Of a stretch of DNA of 64,000 nucleotides, positions 40,801 through 52,896 are shown one piece after another (positions within the stretch are counted from its first letter, which is position 1; each line of letters opens with the position of its first letter). The notes under the pieces are model-generated. The model saw only the letters and a list, made by a program, of their open reading frames with translations, ran no database searches and was not told where the DNA came from. The stretch is from Eledone cirrhosa. Taxonomy: Eukaryota. The position numbers and the translations under genes were made by a program. The stretch lies in assembly GCA_964016885.1 (NCBI GenBank), contig OZ024746.1, positions 50,034,001 to 50,098,000 of the forward strand, read 5' to 3'.

Positions 40801-42220
40801 TTAGTAAGTGTGGAGTCATTGTGATGAGGAGGGGTAAGTTGAGCAGAAGTAACTGAATCCAGATACCAACAGGTTAGATGATAAAGGAAATTGACTCTGA
40901 GGACGGATACAAGTATTTGGGCGTGCTGGAGGCTGATGACATCAAGAACAAAAAAATGAAGGAATTGATAAGAACTGAATACCTTCGGAGAGTAAGGAGC
41001 GTATTAAAGTCACATATGAACAGTAGGAATGCCATAAGTGCAGTAAATTCCCGAGCTGTGTCTATTATTAGGTACAGTGCGGGAATTCTGAGATGGAATG
41101 TTGCTGAACAAAAAGAAATGGATAGGAAAACTAGGAAGCTATTGACTATGTACAACATGTTCCACAAGAGGTGTGATGTCGATAGACTCTACTTAAGGAA
41201 ATCTGAAGGTGGAAGAGGTCTTATCAGCATAGAGGACTGTGTTCAGATGGAGAAAAACAACCTACACAAATACGTGACTGATAGTAAGTAGCCAATGTTC
41301 AGAACTGTACTGAAGGAGGGGACAATAGACCAGGGGATGTCCAAGGAGGAAATAACATCAAGGAGAAAGAGCAGCCTTCAGGAAAAATCCCTTCATAGAA
41401 CTTTATTTGAGAGAACTGAATTTAGAGATCCACAGACATGGAACTGGTTGAAAAGAGGAGACCTTAAAAAGGCTACAGAAGGAATGTTAATGGCTGCGCA
41501 GGAGCAGGCCCTCAAAACGATGTGGTTGAAACACCACATTTACAAGGAGGAGGCTAGCCCACTGTGCAGGATCTGTGGAGAGAGAGAGGAGACTGTGGCT
41601 CACATTGTATCCGAGTGTAAACACCTAGCCCAGACTCACTATAAGGGCTGGAGACATGATGTGATGGGCAGGGTGATCCACTGGCACCTATGCAAAGTAA
41701 ACAATTTACCACATTCTGTGAAGTGGTATGAGCATAAGCCAGAGGCGTTCATAGAAAACGATCAGGTGAAGATGCTGTGGGATTTTAGGATACAGACGGA
41801 CAAGAAACTGGAACACAATAGACCTGACCTGGTGGTTTTGGACAAAGAAAAAAGATCGTGCCTGATTGTGGATGTGGCCTGCCCATTCGACACGAGAGTG
41901 CAAGAGAAGGAGAGGGAGAAAATTAACCGATACCAGGACTTAAAGTGGGAGGTAAAAAGGATTTGGAACTGCCATGAAGTCAAAGTGATCCCGATTGTCA
42001 TAGGCGCACTAGGGACTATCTCAAAAAGTTTCCAGGGATGGTTAAAGAAAATTGGCCCCTTCACGCTTTTTGGAACGCTTCAAAAGGCATGCTTGCTGGG
42101 AACAGCAAGAACCCTCCGATACGTCCTGAATAACAGAGGCTGCAGGTAGTGGCTTGATATTCATTTCAACAAACTTTCCAGTTAACTAACATCAATGACT
42201 GAGACTCAAAAAATAATAAT
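37888..42220 (+). mobile_element. R4/Dong-like RLE non-LTR retrotransposon, family R-1, near full length but disrupted
   Basis: Follows (AAT)n; RT ([23 protein letters not shown]), CCHC CRIC..H....C, RLE RPD..DVACP; (TAA)n tail. Confidence 0.9.
38715..42149 (+). pseudogene. R-1 ORF broken into five pieces
   Basis: ORFs at 38715, 39755, 40146, 40878 and 41295 are collinear with the 55560-58952 protein. Confidence 0.9.
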
Positions 42221-43462
42221 TAAGATCTGAATACATTCGGAGAGTAAGGAGCGTATTAAAGTCACATATGAACAGTAGGAATGCCATAAGTGCAGTAAAT
42301 TCCCGAGATGTGTCTATTAGTAGGTACAGTGCGGGAAATCTGAGATGGAATGTTGCTGAACAAAAAGAAATGGATAGGAAGACTAGGAAGCTATTGACTA
42401 TCTACAACATGTTCCAGAAGAGGAGTGATGTCGATAGACTCTACTTAAGGAGATCTGAAGGTGGAAGAGGTCTTATCAGCATAGAGGACTGTGTTCAGAT
42501 GGAGAAAAACAACCTACACAAATACGTGACCGAGAGTAAGGAGCCAATGCTCAGAATTGTACTGAAGGAGAGGACAATAGACCAGGGGATGTCCAAGGAG
42601 GAAATAACAAGGAGAAAGAGCAGCCTTCATGAAAAGTCCCTTCATAGTACCTTCTTTGAGAAAACGGAATTCAGAGATCCACAGAAATGGAACTGGTTGA
42701 GAAGAGGAGACCTTAAAAAGGCTACAGAAGGAATGCTAATGGCTGCGCAAGAGCAGGCCCTCAAAACGAAGTGGCTGAAACACCATATTTACAAAGAGAA
42801 CGCTAACCCACTGTGCAGGATCTGTGAGAAGAGAGAGGGGACTGTGGCTCACATTGTATCCGAGAGTAAACACCTAGCCCAGACTCACTATAAGGCTGGA
42901 GACATGATGTGATGGGCATAGTGATCCATTGGCACCTATGCAAAGTAAGCAATTTACCACATTCTGAGAAGTGGGATGGGCATAAGCCAGAGTCGGTGAT
43001 AGAAAACGATCAGGTGAAGGTGCTATGGGATTTTAGGATACAGACGGACAAGAAACTGGAACACAATAGACCTGACCTGGTGGTTTTGGACAAGAAAAAA
43101 AGATCGTGCCTGATTGTGGATGTGGCCTGCCCATTCGACACGAGAGTGCAAGAGAAGGGGAGGGAGAAAATTAACCGATACCAGGACTTAAAGTGGGAGG
43201 TAAAAAGGATTTGGAACTGCCATGAAGTCAAAGTGATCCCGATTGTCATAGGCGCACTAGGGACTATCTCAAAAAGTTTCCAGGGATGGTTAAAGAAAAT
43301 TGGCCCCGCCCCGCTTTTTGGAACACTTCAAAAGGCATGCTTGCTGGGAACAGCAAGAACCCTCCGATACGTCCTGAATATCTGAGGCTGCAGGTAGTGG
43401 CTTGATATTCATTTCAACAAACTTTCCAGTTAACTAACATCAATGACTGAGACTCAAAGAAC
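42221..43462 (+). mobile_element. R-1 copy, 5'-truncated, directly behind the tail of the previous copy
   Basis: ORFs 42268-42912 and 42909-43385; same 3' UTR. Confidence 0.9.
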
Positions 43463-43477
43463 AATAATAATAATAAT

Positions 43478-43665
43478 AATTGTTTCTACTTTAGGCACAA
43501 GGCCAGCAATTAACCAGTGTATTACTGGTACTTTATTTTATCGACCCCGTACGGTTGAAAGGCAAAGTCAACCTCGGCTGGATTTTAACTCAGATCGTAA
43601 AGGGACGTAACTATGCTGGAAAGCATGGCGTCCGACCCTCTACTGATACTGCCAATCCACCGCCC
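43478..43665 (-). mobile_element. Full SINE S1 flanked by (TAA)n; a further tail fragment at 43684-43742
   Basis: Reverse complement match. Confidence 0.85.
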
Positions 43666-43760
43666 TTATAATAATAATAATAATAATTGTTTCTACATTT
43701 GACACAAGGCCTGTAATTATCCCAGTGCATTACTGGTACTTTTAATAATAATAATAATAA

Positions 43761-43998
43761 TGATTTCATTTATTGGTCACAAGGGCCCACTTACACGGAG
43801 CATGAGTAGGTCCACTCACACTGGCCATTCTCGCCACATTCACCCACCTTTCAGCAAATGTACTGGGGCGCAACACTTACTGGTACTTTATTTTATCCAC
43901 CCCGTAAGGATGAAAGGCAAAGTTAACCTCAGCGGGATTTACACTCAGAGCGTAAAGGGCCGTAACCCTATACTGCAAAACATGGCGTCCGACCCTCT
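43761..43998 (-). mobile_element. Chimera: SINE S1 body (43877-43998) joined to the 3' end of a Tx1-like LINE (43761-43878)
   Basis: - strand encodes VLRPSTFAERWVNVARMASVSGP, homologous to the Tx1 ORF2 end VLSSQHFVERWVREASMARMNGP; ends cccttgtgaccaataaatgaaatc(att)n. Confidence 0.75.
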
Positions 43999-44018
43999 TA
44001 TTATTATTATTATTATTA

Positions 44019-44266
44019 CAGTTGCATTTATCTTGCTTTATGTTCATACGAGTTATCACCAAGTCACAACCAGTGACCTCAAGAGACAACAAGGTCCGCC
44101 ATGTTCAAGAAAGAACATACATACTCACACATGCATCTTTAGTGTTTAGACTTGTGATGTACTTATATTGACAGAATCTTCCTTAGTATATGAGCAGTTC
44201 CCATTAGTACTATCTTTTGTATTTCTCCTATACGCGGGTTTCCTGGAATTTGCGATAAGTAATCAT
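44019..44266 (-). mobile_element. R4/Dong-like family R-2, 3' fragment
   Basis: Matches ~48221-48467. Confidence 0.85.
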
Positions 44267-47200
44267 GACCAGCGGAGACGGGCAAGCTTTCAGGTTAGTG
44301 GCCGTCTTTGCCCCGACAGGAGCAGGGCGGCCTGATTTCTTCCGGCGTCTGGAGACCTTTCTTGGAACGTCCCGCTCTTTAGTGTTAGTGGGCGACTGGA
44401 ACGGGATCTTAGATGCACGCTGGGATTGTGTGGGATTAGTGGATAGGGAAGGAGGGTGCAAGAGTCTCACCAACCTGCTCAGACGTTTTGAACTGTCTGA
44501 CAGGTACCGAATGGATTTGCCGAATGTACCAATGTGGACTTGGACAAATCGCATAGGGTCATCCAGATCATATCTAGATAGAGTATTTTGTAGGGAAATA
44601 AATAGGTCTAGCATAGGCTGTCCACAATTCAAGATAGTCAGCTACACGGACCACAAATTCGTGATCTGTGTGCTTGACTTAGATAGGCTTCATAGGCGAG
44701 GACCCGGCTACTGGAAGCTAAACGCGTCCTTACCAGCGCGCAAGGCCTACAGAGACCGGATTAGCGAACTAGTTAAGCGGGCGTTGACGGGGGCCATCGT
44801 CAACAACAAGTGGTGGTTTGCTCTGAAAAGAGCAATTAGAATAGAGTCCATTAGGTTTAGTAAGACTTTAGCAATAGAGAAAAATAGAGCAGAGGGAGAA
44901 CTAGTTAGAAAATTAGATGAGGCGCTTAGTAAAGGCATCGCGACCGACGTACTTGCGGCGAAATTGGCCCTTGACCAATTCTTCAATGCAAAGCACGAAG
45001 GCTGCGTTGTCAGAGCTAGGGTGCGTGCTCTCAGACGAGGGGACGAAAGCCGTTCAATGGGCCCGAGTGGCGGAGGCGCGTCGTGGCAACAAAGCCACGA
45101 TCCGGTCTTTGGTGGACCACGACGGGCGCATGCTACTCGATCCCGGGCAAATGTGTGAAGCTTTTCAGCGACACTTCGCTCAACTGTTCGGGGGCAGTGG
45201 CGGGCCGGATCGGGGGATGGACTTTAGTGTCTACCTCGACGGACTGCCGCGGCTTTCGGCCACTGAGGCGGAGTGTTTCGAAAAGCCGATAACAACCGCT
45301 GAAGTACGGGATGCAATGACTAGTTGCACAAGGGGGAAATCGCCTGGTTTGGATGGTCTGCCCTATGAACTTTACGTACAAATGCCAAACTTGTTCGGAG
45401 GCCTCTTGGCGGACGTCTACTGCAACTGGCAACAGAACGGGAGAATTCCCAGCTCTGTAAGCCGAGGAGCGGTGGCGCTGCTGAGAAAGGATCCGAACAA
45501 GGGGGATAACATAGATAATTTTAGGCCCATAACTCTGCTAAACACAGAGTTCAAGATTTTGGCCAAGGTGCTAGCAAAGAGGTTGGCGCTTGTCGTTGGT
45601 GGTCTGGTGGGAGAGGCGCAGACATGCGCCATTCCCGACAGATCCATCCACGACAACCTCCACCTCATGCGATACATCGTAGAGAGGGTAGCTATGGAAC
45701 CTGGCAATGGTGGGTCTTTGATCAATTTAGATCAATCGAAAGCCTTCGATAGGGTCGACCATCGTTACCTAGCGGCAGTCCTGAGGGCGGCTGGCTTTGG
45801 AGCCCGTCTTCACAGGCTGGATCGCTGCCATGCACAGCGACATCTGCTCTGTAGTGAGAGTGAACGGTCACCTTTCGGAACCGTTCAACATCATGCGCTC
45901 GGTCGGCCAAGGATGTCCCCTCTCGTCCCTATTGTACGTATTGACTCTCGAGCCATTACTGCACAAACTGGAGACGTTGAGGGGGGTCCCGCGCGAACTA
46001 GGATGCGGAAGATCCGTGTCAGCATATGCCGACGATGTCACCGTAGTGGTGTCGAACGCCAAACACATCGAGGCCATCGGCACTACACTAAGAGAATACG
46101 AAGCGGTGACAGGAGCAATGATCAACCAGGAAAAGTCAGTGGGCCTGCAGCTCGGCACCTGGAGAGGCAGGTCCATGCCGTCCAACAGCGTCGTCGGGCG
46201 CTGGACGGCGGACCTGGTCAAATTGCTAGGGGTCTGGTTCGGTCCAGACCTCCAGACGGACAAAAACTGGGACGAGGTGACGAGCAGGGTGGCTTCTCTC
46301 CCCCAGAAATGGGCCGAGAGGAAAGGTCGAGCGAAAGGTCGAGAGGAAAGGTCGAGCGAAAGGTCGAGCGGAGGTGGCGAATGCGTACATCGCATCCGTC
46401 ATCTACTACCGCCTGACCGTCGTACCATGTCCTAAGCCCCGCCTGACTGCGCTGGAGCGTTTGCTGTTTCGCTTCTTGTGGAAGGGACGCGCTCCGATGG
46501 TCAGACGGTCCATCTGCTGTCAATACCCGCTACGTGGAGGGCTGGGCATGCCGTGGCTGATGATGCGCAGACACGCGCTCAGGCTACGACATCTCTACCT
46601 CTTCCTCGACGGTGATCAGGTGTGGTCGCCGTTTGCTAGACACGTTTTTCCCCAGCTCGTCTCCTTGACGGAGCTGCAGTCCTGGGTCAAGCGAAGACCG
46701 AGAGGGAGCGCTTGGAGACTGGAATGTCTTCAGGCGCTCACAGCCCTCGACCAATCGGGCAATGTGATCGGTGGAAACTCCACCTTGGCGTTCTATAGGG
46801 GATTAGTGGAGGGGAAGAGCGACGACGTACTTGGAGAAACTCTAGGCGTCGACGAAAATCAACTAGCCAATCTCTTCGGAAAGACTTTCGGGCCGGGGCC
46901 TATGGACAACTTCCAGAAATCCCTGGCCTGGCAGTGCTACCGAGGAGCTTTGCCAGTTCGGGATAAACTCTACAGGCATGGAGGTGCCGTCAGCCGGGCA
47001 TGTCCGAGATGCGCGCAGGGCGACGAAACCGTCCTGCACGCACTCGTCCAGTGTCCGAGCATTGCTGACTTGTGGGTTTATGTCGAACACCTGCTCTCAC
47101 GTGTAGGACGGATCCAGCTATCAGCTGAGTCCATCGTGAGTATTGCCCCGCCCCCTTCCTTTAGCCGGGAAGGGCAGGCAGTTTTTATCTGTCTGGTGGC

Positions 47201-47660
47201 CATGGCGAAAGAGATAGTATGGTGGACACGTTTGAAAGGGCTGAAGACGAGCACTTACCTCTTCGGTGATGCCCTGATTAACTTTTTCAAATTTCATTTG
47301 AAAAGGAAAATCAGGGTAGAGAGGGAAGTGCTCTCATCCCAGCATTTTGTTGAAAGATGGGTGAGAGAAGCAAGTATGGCCCGAATGAATGGGCCTTCTC
47401 TGAGTATGTGTCTGTAAATTAAAGGTGGAAAACTGGGAGAGGGCACTTGCCCTGGTGGTCAGGGCCACTGTGGTCTTTTAATGGACTTTCTCCACAAATG
47501 TCCCTCGGAAGTCTCCCCCCTATTGGGGAATTTTTCTTTGTTATTTTATTTCAACTTCCGTTTTTTTTACACGCAAAAATGCCCATTTGTACCGTCCTGT
47601 ATTGTCCTGTACTGTCCTTAATGTCTACTTTATGTAAACCCTTGTGGTTAATAAAGAAAA

Positions 47661-47662
<2 letters not shown>
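44267..47662 (+). mobile_element. L1/Tx1-clade LINE, 5'-truncated, frameshifted ORF2
   Basis: APE (VGDWN, LDR, TDH, GPGYWKLN), RT (KSPGLDG, DQSKAFD, GQGCPLS, YADD), C-terminal CPRC..ET..H....C; (ATT)n tail. Confidence 0.92.
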
Positions 47663-47719
<57 letters not shown>

Positions 47720-47720
<1 letters not shown>

Positions 47721-48180
47721 AGCTGCTTTATGTTTTTACGAGTTATCATCAAGTCACAACCAGTGACCTCAAGAGACAACAAGTTCCGCCATGTTCAAGA
47801 AAGAACATACATACTCACACATGTATCTTTAGGTGTTTAGACTTGTGATGTACTTATATTGACAGAATCTTCCTTAGTATATGGGCAGTTCCCATTAGTA
47901 CTATCTTTTGTATTCCTCCTATTCGCGGGTTTCCTGGGATTTGCGATAAGTAATCATTAGACCCCTTAGGTATCATTCCTAGAGCGCCTACAACCACTGG
48001 TATTGTTTTAGTTCTCAATTTCCACATTTTTCCAATTTCTATCTCCAGGTCCTTATAATTGCTCAATTTTTCAAATGTTTTTTATGGATACAGTCTTGGC
48101 TATTCGAACGGACATATCAATTAGCAGACATACCCTCTTTTTAAAGTCCTTCAGTATTATATGAGGTCTATTTTCATCTA

Positions 48181-48183
<3 letters not shown>
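47720..48183 (-). mobile_element. R-2 copy, 5'-truncated
   Basis: ORF 47854-48066 matches the R-2 RLE C-terminus; (ATT)n on both sides. Confidence 0.88.
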
Positions 48184-48220
<37 letters not shown>

Positions 48221-48221
<1 letters not shown>

Positions 48222-51200
48222 GTTGCATTTATCTTGCTTTATGTTCATACGTGTTATCACCAAGTCACAACCAGTGACCTCAAGAGACAACAAGGTCCGC
48301 CAATGTTCAAGAAAGAACATACATATTCACACATGCCTCTTTAGTGTTTAGACTTGTGATGTACTTATATTGACAGAATCTTCCTTAGTATATGGGCAGT
48401 TTCCATTAGTACTATCTTTTGTATTTCTCCTATACGCGGGTTTCCTGGGATTTGCGATATGTAATCATTAGACCCCTTAGGTATCATTCCCAGAGCGCCT
48501 ACAACCACTGGTATTGTTTTAGTTCTCAATTTCCACATTTTTCCAATTTCTATCTCCAGGTCCTTATACTTGCTCAATTTTTCAAATGTTTTTATAGATA
48601 CATTCTTGTCTATTGGAACAGACATATCAATTAGCAGGCATACCCTCTTTTGGAAGTCTTTCAATATTATATCAGGTCTGTTTGCATCTATTTTACGGTC
48701 TGTTTGGATGCTAAAGTTCCACAAGATTGAAATGTGATCTTTTTCAAGTATGGGAGGTGGTTGATGCTCCCACCAATTCTTTTGATGGGGCAGGTCAAAA
48801 TGCCTACACATTATCCAATGTATGTATTGTGCAGCTCTGTCATGCCTGTTTAGGTATTCGATTGGAACTATAGGACTGCACATTGAAATTATATGGTCAA
48901 TGGTCTCTGGTTGTTTTCAACGCAATGTCTAACTGGATTAACCCACGTCCTCCTTCTTTCCTAGGGAGATATATTCTATCTATATCTGCTTTAGGGTGAT
49001 GCATTCTGTGCATGGTTAACAATTTTCGAATTTTTGTATCGAGCCTACGGATCTCTGTGCTTGACCAGTTGATGACATTGTAACTGTAGGTTACTACTGG
49101 TATGGCAAGCGTGTTTATGGCATCGATCCTATTCCTTGCATTCAATTCCGTTGTTAAGATTGCTCTTACTCTGTGGTAACATTCCTTCCTTATCCTTTCC
49201 CTCATTGTCGAGTGCTTGATTCCGTCTCCTTCACAAACACCTAGATATTTGTAAGTTTTTTCTTGATCAAGTTCTCTTATCACGTTCCCCCGATCAAGAT
49301 TAATGTCTGAACTTTTCAGCAGCTTTCCTCTGGTGAACGTTGCTTTGGCGCATTTATCTAGTCCAAACTCCATTTTAATGTCATCACTGAACTGCTTCAC
49401 AGTGGATAATAGCCCTTGCAATTGTTCATCATTTTTTGCAAATAGTTTCAGGTCATCCATGTAGAACAGGTGATTAACGGTTTTGTCATAGACTTTATAT
49501 CCATGTTTTGTTTCATTGAGCATTTTACTTAATGGTATAAGTGCGATGCAGAATAAAAGCGGTGATAAAGAGTCACCCTGAAAAATTCCACAATTAATAT
49601 TAACTTCTCCAGCTTCCAGTGATTTTGTTTCACTATTCAAAAGGAGTGTCGTTTTCCATGTCTTCATACTGAATGACAAAAAACCTCCTGACAACGGGGG
49701 ATACTTTGAAAATCTCTAAACATTTTTCAATTCAACTGTGTGGCAAACTATCAATTGCTTTTTTATAATCTATCCAAGCAATCGATAGATTTTTGTGTCT
49801 ATTATGACAATCTTCCAGTATCATTTTGTTAACCAGAAGCTGATCCTTACAGCCATATGAGCCTCGTTTACACCCTTTCTGCTCAATGGGAAATAGGTCA
49901 TTTGTTATCACGTGGTCATATGTGTATTCAGTTAGGACTGATGTTAAAATTTTATACATTGTGGTCAAGCAAGTTATTAGTCTGTAATTTTGGGGATTTT
50001 TTGTCTCATCATTCTTCGGAAGCAGGAATGTAATGCCGTTAACTAGCCATGAAGGTATCTTTTCTGGCTCCTTAACTATTTCATTGTAAAGTTGGGCTAA
50101 CAGCTCATGAGACTCTGTGAAGGCATTTATCCAAAAGTTTTGTATTTTGTCTTTTCCTGGGGATTTCCATTTGCTGGTTTTTCTTAGAGCCAAGCGCAAC
50201 TATTCAACTGTTATATTTTCCCATGTTTGTTCCTCAAGGTGAGCTGTATCTTTCATTTGTCTGTCTATCCATGGGGCATGTATGTTATGAACTTTTTCTT
50301 CGGCCCAGATCTTTTCCAAGAATTCTTGCACTTCCTCCTTGGGTGGTATTGATTTAGCAGTTATTGTTGACTTACCAATTTTTCTGTAGAAGTTTCTTTG
50401 GTTGTTTTTTAACATATTATTGTCCTTATAGAATCTAGATCGTTTTTCAAAGCGCCTTATACGAGCAGCTTTGGCCGACACTTTTTGCTTGATTATTTCT
50501 ATCAGCATGTCTATGTCGCATGTTGATTTTATACTGTACTTTTTTTTCAATTTTCTAAGTTTAGTTTGTTTAACATGTTCACCTACTTTATAGTTTGTTA
50601 AAATTTCTATGTCAGATCGGAGAAGGTTTATTTGGCGATTGATGTTCTCTTGCCAAGTAGATTTTTTGTGGGAATTCCTTTGTTCTTTAATCTTCACTCC
50701 ACATAAGTGAGTGGTGACTTTAGCCGATGCATAATAGAGATGATTTAAATCAGTAATGTTTAGTTTGTTTGTGATGATAATGTTTTTGAGAATTATGTTA
50801 GTCTTGTGTATTATCTTTTGGTTCTGTTTGGAGTTCTGGATCTTAGGGAGGGTGTCTCGTTGCCCCATGTCAGATCCTTTCATTTTCATCCATTTGATCA
50901 TAATTTCATCCTTCAAGTTGGCAAGTTCATTCTCATTCATTTCTTTATCATTTACGATCTCATTATTTTCATTTGGAGTTTCATCCTGACCATGCACTCC
51001 CTCCACTTTTTCGATCCTTTCTTTAATTTGTTCTGTTGCCAGTGATTCCGCCCCCACCCTGGGATTCGAAGTGTTACAGTTTACCTCGTTTTCACTGACA
51101 CATGTTTCATTTTCCCTTCGCTGACTTTGTGCTAATAGCTTGATCTGATCAATTTCTATATCAGTTAGTAACTTTTTTCTTACAATATTTCTTCGTATAT

Positions 51201-52716
51201 TGGCTAGTTTGTTACTGTCAATATAGCCTCTGTTTTCGGGATGTTTCTTTTTCCAGTTGATATATATCTGTTCTGTATTCGACGTATTTGATGGGTAGTA
51301 CATGGCAGTGTAGAAAGCCTCAAGGACTTCTTTATTATCTTCCCTTGACCATTTTTCTCTCTTTTTCTTTGGATTTCTTGGTGGTGAGCATGGAGGGCCA
51401 ACAGTAGGAGTATTCCGGTTATGGGAGGTCTCCAGCTCCGAAGTGATGGGAAGGTTTGAACCATTAGCTGATTTTTCAACCCCAGTCTGGTTCCTCTCTG
51501 AGGGACGCGGCCCTTTTTTACCTGGGTGACGGCCGATCCGGTATGAGATTTTATCATTAGACATTTACTTTATTTTGTCGCGTTTTATCCTTATCCGCCA
51601 AGGGGTAATCATTTCGTGTTACCACTTCTAGAACGAGTGTCAACCAAGACTAGAGGGGTCGTTCTCCCCTAGAGACACGGCTATTCCCCGCCGGCCGCCA
51701 TCCCGGTATTTCTTGGTCACGGGGTTTTCTTTTTGTTGTTTTTTTTTTTAAATTGTTATTATCATGAGTGGTTTCTTAATGTGAGCATTGCGTGGCTTAA
51801 GAATGAAATTATTAATAATTGTCTCCACTCCAGGCACAAGGCCAGCAATCACCCAGTGCATTACAATAATATAATATACTTTTTTGTTGTAGTTGGCTGT
51901 TATTGTTGTTGGCTATGTCGGTGGTGGTGCCGGGGCTTTTTATATTGTTGGTGAGGAAGGGTGAGCCAGCAGTCGCATAGTTGTTGATGTTGACGTTCGG
52001 CCGTGGCTAGGTCACTAAGTCAATCTATTTATATCTTTTGCTAGCCTCTCCCTTGTCTTGTGATACCGCCACCTTCCCCTTTCTCTCTCAAGTTAACAGG
52101 GGAATAGTGGTGGTAGCATTGAAGGAGTGGTGGCGGCGGGGAGATGTGGGAGACAGTAGCGGCGGTATCGATACTGAGACAGTGGTGGTGGTGATATCGA
52201 TACCGAGGCAGTGGTGGCGGTGATGTGATCGTATTACTGTAGTGATGGTGTTGTAGCGGTGGTAGCAATAAATGAGTGGTGGCGGCGGTGATGGGATAGT
52301 AGTGGTAATGATGGCAGTAGTGAGTGGTGGTGGTGAAATTGCCGTTATCTGGCTGTTGTGTTTAGTGTACACAGAGAGGTGATGGGGTAGGTGTTGTATC
52401 TAGTTTCTGGTGTTGGTGAGATTGGTGTTGTTTGGCTGTTCTATATAGCGTAGGCAGAGGAGGGGGGGGGGTTCTTCTTCCATTTATAGCCATTTTCTTT
52501 TCTGAATATACAATGTACAATACAAAGTTGAATATTTGAATATTTGAGCCTCATAACAATATATTTTGGGTCCGAATTTTTTGGGGCTCAAGCGGGATGC
52601 TTTACGTAGCATTTGTGCTAAGAGTTGTTATTTCACAAAAGATTTAAATATGTTAAATATTCAAAACTTACGGGAGCGATTTCATGACCTTCCGCCACCT
52701 CGTGCGTCTTCTTCCC
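48221..52716 (-). mobile_element. R4/Dong-like family R-2, long disrupted copy including a 5' leader
   Basis: ORF pieces 50200-51564, 49732-50199, 48897-49694, 48365-48883; YMDD, RPD..DMSVP; internal deletion near 48895. Confidence 0.85.
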
Positions 52717-52743
52717 TTCTTCTTCTTATTATTATTATTATTA

Positions 52744-52852
52744 ACTCAGATCCCGCCGAGGTTGACTTTGCCTTTCATCCTTACGGGGTCGATACAATAA
52801 AGTACCAGTAATGCACTGGGTAATTGCTGGCCTTGTGCCTAAAGTAGAAACA

Positions 52853-52860
<8 letters not shown>
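52744..52860 (+). mobile_element. Partial SINE S1 with (TTA)n tail
   Basis: Core and tail match. Confidence 0.8.
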
Positions 52861-52885
<25 letters not shown>

Positions 52886-52896
52886 GTTATTGTTAT

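Noticed and set aside
46318-46372. gaaaggtcgag tandem in Tx1 ORF2 as a functional site
   Set aside because: A local slippage duplication that breaks the frame
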